This document shows positions 1-6,962 of a DNA stretch of 26,176 nt, one piece after another. The notes beneath the pieces were generated by a model that had not been told where the DNA came from, did no database searches, and worked only from the letters and a program-made list of their open reading frames with translations. Made by a program: the position numbers and the translations under genes. The DNA comes from Myxococcota bacterium (GTDB lineage: Bacteria; Myxococcota_A; Polyangia; Polyangiales; Houyiibacteriaceae). Within the stretch, counting starts at the first letter, position 1. Each line of letters begins with the position of its first letter. The DNA is taken from positions 1 through 26,176 of the forward strand of contig JBCCEA010000048.1 in NCBI GenBank assembly GCA_039030515.1. Direction: 5' to 3'.

Positions 1-126
1 CACGTCGGGCGCCGGCAGGGGCCTCGCGCCCGCTACCGCACGGCGCGCAAGAACACCTTCGATATCCGCCGCGTCGCCGCCGTCGAGAACCTCCACGCCA
101 TCGACCGACGGCAGAAGGCGGCGTGA
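1..126 (+). CDS. IS1182-family-like DDE transposase, C-terminal fragment (truncated by the window edge)
   Basis: Frame 1 reads HVGRRQGPRARYRTARKNTFDIRRVAAVENLHAIDRRQKAA*. This matches the 'RARYRGxxKNxFDLRRxAAVxNL' C-terminus I recall for IS1182-type transposases. Very high GC3, unlike the DNA that follows. Confidence 0.75.
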   Translation, partial: HVGRRQGPRARYRTARKNTFDIRRVAAVENLHAIDRRQKAA

Positions 127-147
127 CTTAGTCGTTCAGCGCTCTAG
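1..147 (+). mobile_element. Right end of an IS1182-like insertion sequence, ending at about GTTCAGCGCTCTAG
   Basis: The transposase stop at 126 is followed about 20 nt later by CTAG (144-147) and an abrupt change in composition. The left end lies outside the window, so the inverted repeat and target duplication cannot be confirmed. Confidence 0.5.
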
Positions 148-629
148 AACCCTGTGCGGAGGCGAGAGCCGTCATAGCGCCCATTCGAGACGAGCTCTTG
201 AAACTACATCAATGGCTGGGCTCCGTAGTTGTCCTTGAGCGCCTTGAGGACCGTATCGATACGCGCGATATCATCACCCGGACTGTTTACGAGCGTTGGC
301 GGACGTTGGTGGACGAGGCCTCAGAAATTCCTTCTCCGTGCCGAGCGCCCGTTTGCACCGCCGAACGTCGAGAAGTCGTAAGGCGAATGACCACGAACGT
401 TGCATCTCGCATAAGAGACGTTGGGTACGAGTTTTCATCTGTTCGGGAACTACAGCTGAAGTATGCCGACCTCCGGGAAAGCGGAACACCCGCGTGGATT
501 ACGAATGTATCGGTCCGAGCAGACACGTATCATAACTGCAAATTCCGTTCGCGGTCACGATGGCGGTCTCTCAATGTTGGAACCTGGGCAGACCTGGGAA
601 GACTCTACGGCTACTGTGCTCGGGGGGTA

Positions 630-895
630 GATTGGTGCGATACACTTTTCACGAGGAGTGCGTCGGGCACTCGTGTGTCGAAGGCGCTTGACCCTCTGCT
701 CTGTTGTCTCGCCGAAACCGCTTTGTCACCGTCAACATGGCGTTCCCCCCCGAACCGTTTCCGCCAGCACAAGAACAGGTTCACCGTCATATCCAAGATC
801 TGCACCACATCCACATCTGTGCGATCGCCGCGACCTGCGAGCAGCTTCACTTCCTCAAGTTTGAATTCTCTCTTGTGGTTCCTTCGCTTTGCCAC
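630..895 (-). pseudogene. Degenerate IS3-family orfA (HTH transposase subunit)
   Basis: A GTG at 895 preceded by GGAG gives AKRRNHKREFKLEEVKLLAGRGDRTDVDVVQILDMTVNLFLCWRKRF, the IS3 OrfA 'RRxxxxEFKxEAVxL...WRK' pattern. The expected coiled-coil part, GETTEQRVKRLR, lies in a different frame (713-678). No orfB/integrase follows. A TG-starting, IRL-like sequence lies at 954-927. Confidence 0.7.
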
Positions 896-1182
896 GGCTC
901 CCGGCTTCGAGGACAACCACCTCTTCGGACATCCCCTCGGTTGGAGGAGACCCATCTTGGCGACATGATCGGCTGGCTCGAGACCCCCGCTGCTTCCTTT
1001 GTCTCTGGCCTCGATACGCCAGGGCAGAGGGACATCGATACGCGCGCAGCGGAGTGCCTCCGACCGAGCCTGCAGGCCTCTGAAGATGCTTGGGTAGCCG
1101 ACCACGTTCGGTGATGCTTTCGGGCAGTCGCGGATTGAAGAGCACCGATGGTCTGGCGTGACACTGAGATAGAGGCCTCAGT

Positions 1183-1674
1183 TCAACGCTTGCGGTCGCG
1201 CTCGGAGAATTTCAGGCTCGGGAGTGGGCGGCGATACTGAATGAATCCGGAACGCTCGGCGACCTTGTCGTAGAGCTTGATGGCGTCGAGATTGTCTTCC
1301 TGAGTAAGCCAGTAGACCCGAGCGCAGCCGTGTTGTTCGGCAGCTCGGCACACGTATTCGATAAGCGCTCGACCCGCTCCATGGCGTCTTGACTCTTGCT
1401 TGACGAAGAGATCCTGCAAGTAGCAGTAGTCCTCGACTGTCCAACACGAACGGTGCCTGATGTAGTGCACCATGCCGATCGCCTCGTTGCCGACCCAAGC
1501 GAGCGCGCCTGAAACGGGTTCCTGGGAATCGAGCAGTCTGGACCAGGTAGTCGCGGAGACCGACTCTTCGATTGAAACACCATAGAAGAGTTGATAGCCG
1601 CGCCACAGTGGTTCCCAGTCGGCTCGGTCGTGATGTCGAATTGCTCTTACGTCGTATTGCCGTTCCATCCTCAT
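1183..1674 (-). CDS. GNAT family N-acetyltransferase
   Basis: Motifs WEPLWRGYQLFY, CYLQDLFV, acetyl-CoA loop RRHGAGRALI, VYWLTQEDN and LYDKVA. Start is likely the ATG at 1674 or 1668, after a purine-rich RBS. Confidence 0.92.
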   Translation of the reverse strand: MRMERQYDVRAIRHHDRADWEPLWRGYQLFYGVSIEESVSATTWSRLLDSQEPVSGALAWVGNEAIGMVHYIRHRSCWTVEDYCYLQDLFVKQESRRHGAGRALIEYVCRAAEQHGCARVYWLTQEDNLDAIKLYDKVAERSGFIQYRRPLPSLKFSERDRKR

Positions 1675-1953
1675 CCCTTCTCTTGGCAAGAGACCACTTC
1701 GCAAAACTCAGCAGTGTCGATTCATGGGGATCTACAGTAGCGTAGGCCCGTAGAATGCTTCGCTCAACGGTCTCGGCCGGTGCCCACCAAACTGCTAGAT
1801 CAACGCGCATCCGACTTCAAAAGTCGAACCCAGGCATCGCTCTTTATTCAGCACTGGAGACGCGGGATGCGTCCCTCTCCTGATCCGGCTGGGCGACCGG
1901 AATGATCCATCCACAAATTCAAACAGACAATATGAACTTGAACGGAAAAAAGA

Positions 1954-2880
1954 ATGGATAACATAACCCTCATATGCGCAGTCATCATATTGCTCGCTTG
2001 GCTGTCGACGTCAGTGCTGATCGTGAAGCAGAAAACTGCCGCTATCATCGAGGTATTCGGTCAGTACCACGATGTCAAAAGAGCTGGGCTTAGGTTCAAA
2101 TTCCCCGCGCCCATTGCGCTAGAGCGCCGCTCTCCGGGTGGCGAACGGGTCAACTTACGGCTCTGTGAGCTCAAAGAGTTTGTATCCGTCAAAACGGTGG
2201 ACAATGCCTTTGTGAGCTTCCCCGTGGCCGTTCAGTATCGAGTGATGGAGAACCGCATCAAAGAGGCGTTCTACGAGCTAGACAATCCGACAGGGCAAAT
2301 CGTGAGCTTTGTACTCAACGTGGTTCGTGCGGAGGGTGCCAAACTCACCCTGGAGCAGCTTTATACGGCAAAGCAAGACGTGGAAAACGCGGTGAAGGCG
2401 GAACTGCAGCAGCGCATGCAGGAGTATGGCTACGAGATTGCCAATGTCCTCGTCGATGAGCCGCAACCGTCACCTGAGGTTCAAAGCGCCTTCAACAGGG
2501 TCATCGCGGCGCAGCGCGAGCGAGAGGCAGCAGAAAACGAGGCGGACGCACAGCGAATCCGGATGGTGGGAATCGCCGAAGCAGAGAAGACAAGCAAACG
2601 GCTTCAGGGTGAGGGTATCGCAGCACAGAGGCTTGCGATTGCTGAGGGCTATCATGATGCGGTCGAGAAACTCAGGCAGTCTATGCCCGGGACCGACGAG
2701 TCGATAATCTTGTCTATGCTCATGATGACCAACCATTGGGACACCATTCGCGACGCCTCGAGCAACCCCGGTAACGTCATCATGGTCAACGGCGCGGGCA
2801 ACACTGTGATGGAGGATCTCTCGAAAATGAGCGCAGCCTTCAAAGCCACAAGCTGGATGGATTCGCCAAATAAAGGCTAG
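1954..2880 (+). CDS. SPFH/band 7 (stomatin/prohibitin-like) membrane protein
   Basis: N-terminal TM helix; IVKQKTAAIIEVFGQY; VKTVDNAFVSFPVAVQYRV; coiled coil AAQREREAAENEADA...KRLQGEGIAAQRLAI. Confidence 0.93.
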   Translation: MDNITLICAVIILLAWLSTSVLIVKQKTAAIIEVFGQYHDVKRAGLRFKFPAPIALERRSPGGERVNLRLCELKEFVSVKTVDNAFVSFPVAVQYRVMENRIKEAFYELDNPTGQIVSFVLNVVRAEGAKLTLEQLYTAKQDVENAVKAELQQRMQEYGYEIANVLVDEPQPSPEVQSAFNRVIAAQREREAAENEADAQRIRMVGIAEAEKTSKRLQGEGIAAQRLAIAEGYHDAVEKLRQSMPGTDESIILSMLMMTNHWDTIRDASSNPGNVIMVNGAGNTVMEDLSKMSAAFKATSWMDSPNKG

Positions 2881-3200
2881 TTAAGTACGGTGAATCTGCT
2901 GGTTGCATTTAGCTAGCCAAAAGTGAGATCCGCAGTTTGGGCGCGACACTAGATTCGAACATGTGGGGGGTCGGCTAGAGAGGCTGATCTCCCGCACGTA
3001 ATTGTGCAGCCACCGCTTGTAGACGTGTGAACCCAAGAAGGCAGGAGGTACCGGGTCGCGAAGAGGTGAGTGGACAAAGGCGCATGCAGCTTTCAAACGC
3101 TCAACCGTCCGAGCGGCGGCGGGCGCCTGGCGGGCCGCTGAGGTTTCGCCAGTTTAGACGAGCCAACCTACTGGAATCACGACCGTGTAGTCCGGCAACC

Positions 3201-3222
3201 AACTTGCTCCTTAGGGCAGGTT
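3201..3222 (+). promoter_or_regulatory. Stem-loop covering the ribosome-binding region of the transposase gene
   Basis: AACTTGCTC-ctta-GGGCAGGTT forms a 9-bp stem with two G-U pairs and ends directly before the ATG at 3223. Confidence 0.4.
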
Positions 3223-4134
3223 ATGTATCCACCTCGCATCGTTCAACCCGAAGACGAAGTCTTGGTCACCTCCCGTGTGCTCGGCCGTCAATACCTCTTG
3301 AGACCTGATCCCATCATGCGGACCGCTTTCGCGTTTTTGCTCGGCTACTACGCCCGAAAACACGGCATCGTACTCTACGCTGCATGCCTTATGAGCACCC
3401 ACTATCACGTAGTGCTCAGAGACACGAAGGCCCGACGCAGCGCGTTCATTCGCGACCTCAACTCTACTCTCGCCGGGTTCGTTCGCGCCTATCGTGGAAC
3501 GCGCGGACCGCTCTTTAGCCCCCGCCCGAGCCAAGTAAGACTCAAAACCCCACAGTCAGTGGTGGATAAGATCGCTTACACCCTCGCCAACCCGGTTGCG
3601 GCTGGCGCTGTCGCCCAACCTAAGAAGTGGCCCGGTGTACTCTGCACTGCAAAAAACCTCGGAACGCAGTCGACCGAGCACTGCAGGCCAAAGTGCTACT
3701 TTCGAACCAATGGCACGCTCGAGGAATCCACCACTTTGCACTTCGAGCTTCCGCAGACCCTCGTCGAGCAACATGGCGAAGAAGGCGCCAGACAACTCAT
3801 TATTGAGCGGGTCACCGGACACGTGAAGAGCGCAATTGCGGAACTAAGAAAAAAGGGATGGCAGATTCAGGGACTTAAGCGCGCGCTCCAAATCTCTCCC
3901 TTCCATCGTGCCACTAGCTACGAGGTCTTCGGGAGTTTGAACCCGGAGTTTGCAACCCTAGGCGGCGGCATCGAGGCCTTGCGACGCGCGGTGGAGGAAC
4001 TCCGCAACTTTCGCGCTGCCTACTATCAAGCCCTGTATCGCTACCGCTGTGGAGACCACCAAGCCGAGTTCCCTTTCGGCACCTACAAGATGGCCTGGCT
4101 CTTCCAGGTCCGAACCGCCCCAGCCCCTACCTAA
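3223..4134 (+). CDS. HUH/Y1 tyrosine transposase, REP-associated (RAYT)-like, long form
   Basis: N-terminal VTSRVLGRQYLLRP, HUH motif CLMSTHYHVVL, catalytic-Tyr motif AYTLANPVAAGAV...WPG, and C-terminal extension FRAAY...EFPFGTY. Confidence 0.88.
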   Translation: MYPPRIVQPEDEVLVTSRVLGRQYLLRPDPIMRTAFAFLLGYYARKHGIVLYAACLMSTHYHVVLRDTKARRSAFIRDLNSTLAGFVRAYRGTRGPLFSPRPSQVRLKTPQSVVDKIAYTLANPVAAGAVAQPKKWPGVLCTAKNLGTQSTEHCRPKCYFRTNGTLEESTTLHFELPQTLVEQHGEEGARQLIIERVTGHVKSAIAELRKKGWQIQGLKRALQISPFHRATSYEVFGSLNPEFATLGGGIEALRRAVEELRNFRAAYYQALYRYRCGDHQAEFPFGTYKMAWLFQVRTAPAPT

Positions 4135-4169
4135 GGCCCAAGAGACTCGAGCTCGAATTTCCCGTGAGT

Positions 4170-4209
4170 GGAGTGGCCCAAACCTCGGGTGCCCCACTCC
4201 GGAGGAGTG
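4170..4209. repeat. Overlapping hairpins downstream of the RAYT-like gene (REP-like or terminator-like)
   Basis: GGAGTGG (4170-4176) pairs with CCACTCC (4194-4200). Alternatively CACTCC-gga-GGAGTG (4195-4209). Confidence 0.5.
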
Positions 4210-4456
4210 CACAGCTGCAACCCCAGACCCTCACCACCCTCGACGCACACCCCAAAACCACCAACCTCACCCAATTCGGTACACGGTCAAGACGGTTCCC
4301 AGCCACCCACGAACTGAAACGTCACACTGGCAATGTATCTTTCCACTTCATTGTTTCACCCAGACTAAGTCCCTCGGGGTAGAGATCGGAGAGATCGGGG
4401 AGATTCGCTGGGTACAGGGTTGATCGGTGACACGGAGGCTGGTATCGGGGGCCTCC

Positions 4457-5293
4457 ATGAAATCAAACTGGCTTCTGAAAAGCGTTTCTTCTCTCAAAAA
4501 AGGTCTCCTGCATCAGACCTTGCGACGGCCGGGGGGTAGAAGCGTATCTTTCCACCTCGCTGCTCTGGCTCCTTCTACTCCCTCGGGGTCTTCCGGTGGC
4601 TTACCTTCTACTCCCTCGGGGTCTTCCGGTGGTTCGCGGGATTCTTCTTGTGGTTCGCGGTCCGTCATTGCGTTGGCGGGGGTTCTTGGCGTCTTTGGCG
4701 CCATCGCGCTCTTGCCTTCGGTTTGCTGGGCGCAGAACGGGCAAGCTGTGCAGGTCGCGCAGCCTGTGCAGCAGGGTCGGTCGTTCGACAACCGGATGCG
4801 TTTGAGTGTGCTAGGCGCCCTCGGGGTAGGCGGAGAGGCGGAGCTGATCTTCGATGGCGACTCGACGGGTATCGAAGACGATTTGGATCCGACCTTCGGG
4901 GCCGGGTTCCGATTCACCATGCCTCTTTGGAACTACGTAATCGTGGGCGGGCAAACCACGATCAACTCGATTTCAGGGTCGAGTACCGACGACCGAGAGC
5001 CGATTCTCGACTTGACCACCCTCGCGGGCGGCCGGCTCCCTCTGGCCACCCGTCTTCCCGTGGAGCTCACCCTGCTACTCCCGCTGGGCCCTTCTTTTGG
5101 GTTTTTTGAAAATCAGGACACCGCCTTTGGTATCAACTTTGGCGTTCTTGCAGGGGCCCAAGTCATGGTCACCGAAATGATCGGACTGTGGACCGAGATA
5201 GGGTTCGTAGGACGCTATCTATCGCTCGAAGACGATTTCGGCATCACCACCATTCAAGCGGCGTTCAATAGCGGGATTCAGGTTCGACTCTGA
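4457..5293 (+). CDS. Outer-membrane beta-barrel protein (probably about 8 strands); start uncertain
   Basis: Signal-peptide-like RSVIALAGVLGVFGAIALLPSVCWA|Q, followed by alternating amphipathic Gly/aromatic strands (TFGAGFRFTMP, FGINFGVLAGAQVM, IGLWTEIGF) and a C-terminal strand AAFNSGIQVRL. Confidence 0.75.
   Translation: MKSNWLLKSVSSLKKGLLHQTLRRPGGRSVSFHLAALAPSTPSGSSGGLPSTPSGSSGGSRDSSCGSRSVIALAGVLGVFGAIALLPSVCWAQNGQAVQVAQPVQQGRSFDNRMRLSVLGALGVGGEAELIFDGDSTGIEDDLDPTFGAGFRFTMPLWNYVIVGGQTTINSISGSSTDDREPILDLTTLAGGRLPLATRLPVELTLLLPLGPSFGFFENQDTAFGINFGVLAGAQVMVTEMIGLWTEIGFVGRYLSLEDDFGITTIQAAFNSGIQVRL
4571..4632 (+). repeat. Tandem duplication, 33-bp period (two identical 29-bp copies)
   Basis: CCTTCTACTCCCTCGGGGTCTTCCGGTGG at 4571-4599 and 4604-4632, encoding PSTPSGSSGG twice. 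Confidence 0.95.
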
Positions 5294-5343
5294 GCGCGGC
5301 CCCTGAGCGCGACCCCAGGGCCTTTGCGCCGGCGGCTTGAGGG

Positions 5344-5383
5344 GGCATCGATTTGCTTTTTTGCATCCACTTGAATCGATGCC
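5344..5383. terminator. Inverted repeat between convergent genes (possible terminator or stabilising hairpin)
   Basis: GGCATCGATT (5344-5353) / AATCGATGCC (5374-5383): perfect 10-bp stem, 20-nt loop, no classic trailing U-tract. Confidence 0.4.
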
Positions 5384-5698
5384 TTGAGGACCGGTGCTCG
5401 ACTCGCAGTGCGCTCGCAGACCTTGGTCAGAACGAGCGCGCTGCGATTTTCCAGCCAGCGAGTTAGCTGCGATGCGCTTGCGACTGACCTCCTCGCAGAG
5501 CGGATCTGCGTTTGGCCTGGGACTACGATGGAACCACTGAGTCGCTCAGTGTCACGCTTACTGCAGCGTGTGCGTGACTGGTGTTGTGAACCGGCTGGGC
5601 CCTCGTGCGTCTGGTAGTTGATCCGCCCAAATTAGTGGCAACGACTGGCGTGACTCAGCCGAGCAACGCCAGGGTTCCGCAGACGCGTTCTTGACTGG

Positions 5699-6943
5699 TC
5701 AGTACTCAAGACAGACGATGCTGCAGCTGTCGTTTACGTTCTGACTTCGAGCCACCCAGTCACCACTTATCTCTTCCACCGTACATCGCCCACCGTTAAA
5801 ATGGACCCCTGCGACCATACATACTTGATTGGCGGACGAGCCTAGATTCTCGTAATCGTTTGGAGTATTAAGATTATACACTTGGTGTGTAAGGTTGATA
5901 TGATCATAAAGGTGTAGTCGACCATGAACGTGGAGTTCATCACCAACGATAAGATCATCAGCGATCCAGGCGTCACCCGTGGCGGGATTCGTGATACCAG
6001 GATGATCACCCACCTCGAGACCACGCGAAACATACACGTTACCCGAGAATGGATCACTGATAACAGGATGATCACCCACCTCGAGACCAGAAGCGATGTG
6101 CACGTCACCATTTGAGCGATTCGTGATACCGGGAAAATCGCCGACCTCGAGACCGGAAGTGATATACACATCATCTTGGACGTGTATGTCGTTAGCAACC
6201 CAAACGTCAGCTGTGGCGGGATTCGTGATACCAGGATGATCACCCACCTCGAGGCCAGACGCGATGAACACGTCGTTTGACGCACTGACGTCATTCGCGG
6301 TGAAATTGCCATCCGTCTGCAGGTTGCCAACCACCTGCGCGTTGCCGCTCAGCGTCGTACTGCCGCTCAGCGTCGTACTGCCGCTCAGCGTGGTGTTGCC
6401 GCTCACCTGCAGGTCTCCGCTCATCACCGTATTGCCGGCGACGTTTAGGTTGCCTACGTGGAAGCTCTGGGCGACTTGCGCCGTGATGGCGTACGGGGTG
6501 GACAGCAGGCGTTGTGCACCGTCCAACACCACGCCGGAACTGCCGTCGTCATTCGCGATGCCCACCCTCAGATAGAGTTCGTCGTTGTCGAAGAGTCCCA
6601 CCGGAAACGCGCTTTCTTGCCCTGAGTCGCCGCTCGGAAGGTTTACCGAGAAGTAGCCGTTGCGAATCTCGACGAGCTGCGTTTCCTTCCAAGCGCAAGA
6701 AGCCGAAGTACACTCTTCATCAAAAGCGAGCACAACGCTTGGATCGTCCGCGATTGCAAAGTAGAGGAGCCGCTCCCCGTTGATGGGAACTCCGCTAGAG
6801 TCTTCAAGATATCCCTGGTAGGGGAAGATTCTAGGGGGCGCGCTGCCGGAAACGGAGCCGGTCAGAGCCAACACGGTGGCGCTGGTACCGCACATCGCGA
6901 TGAGTATCGTGAGTCCAATGACCTTTTTATTCTTCATCATCAT
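5699..6943 (-). CDS. Secreted fibre/adhesin-like protein (about 414 aa): YQG...PYA N-terminal domain, beta-repeat stalk, 4-Cys tip
   Basis: The real start is ATG-ATG-ATG at 6943-6935 after AGAAGAG, giving the signal MMMKNKKVIGLTILIAMCGTSATVLA. Then PRIFPYQGYLEDSSGVPING...WKETQ...NGYFSVNL...LYLRVGI...QRLLSTPYAITA, hexapeptide repeats SGxTTL, four GLEVGDxPxI repeats, and a C-terminal C-x10-C...W...C-x3-C domain. Confidence 0.8.
   Translation of the reverse strand: MMMKNKKVIGLTILIAMCGTSATVLALTGSVSGSAPPRIFPYQGYLEDSSGVPINGERLLYFAIADDPSVVLAFDEECTSASCAWKETQLVEIRNGYFSVNLPSGDSGQESAFPVGLFDNDELYLRVGIANDDGSSGVVLDGAQRLLSTPYAITAQVAQSFHVGNLNVAGNTVMSGDLQVSGNTTLSGSTTLSGSTTLSGNAQVVGNLQTDGNFTANDVSASNDVFIASGLEVGDHPGITNPATADVWVANDIHVQDDVYITSGLEVGDFPGITNRSNGDVHIASGLEVGDHPVISDPFSGNVYVSRGLEVGDHPGITNPATGDAWIADDLIVGDELHVHGRLHLYDHINLTHQVYNLNTPNDYENLGSSANQVCMVAGVHFNGGRCTVEEISGDWVARSQNVNDSCSIVCLEY
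5979..6253 (-). repeat. Four intragenic repeats (66-bp spacing twice, then 102 bp) encoding xGLEVGD(H/F)P(G/V)I
   Basis: 41 identical bp at 5979-6019 and 6213-6253, a 25-bp identical partial copy at 6064-6088, and a diverged copy at about 6118-6153. Confidence 0.92.
6343..6405 (-). repeat. 18-bp tandem repeat, about 3.5 copies (SGSTTL/SGNTTL)
   Basis: TGCCGCTCAGCGTCGTAC at 6343 and 6361, a variant at 6379, and a partial copy at 6397. Confidence 0.92.
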
Positions 6944-6962
6944 CTCTTCTATTGGGGTGCAA

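Noticed and set aside
198..968. Intact 256-aa gene
   Set aside because: Weak TTG start, and the 3' half is the antisense of the IS3 relic; at most a gene remnant.
3223..4134. IS200/IS605 element with TnpB or an RNA-guided nuclease
   Set aside because: No RuvC/zinc-finger ORF is adjacent; the motifs and length fit a stand-alone RAYT-like protein.
5979..6253. Diversity-generating retroelement TR/VR pair in the fibre gene
   Set aside because: No reverse transcriptase in the window; the copies are in-frame coding repeats and the differences are not adenine-specific.
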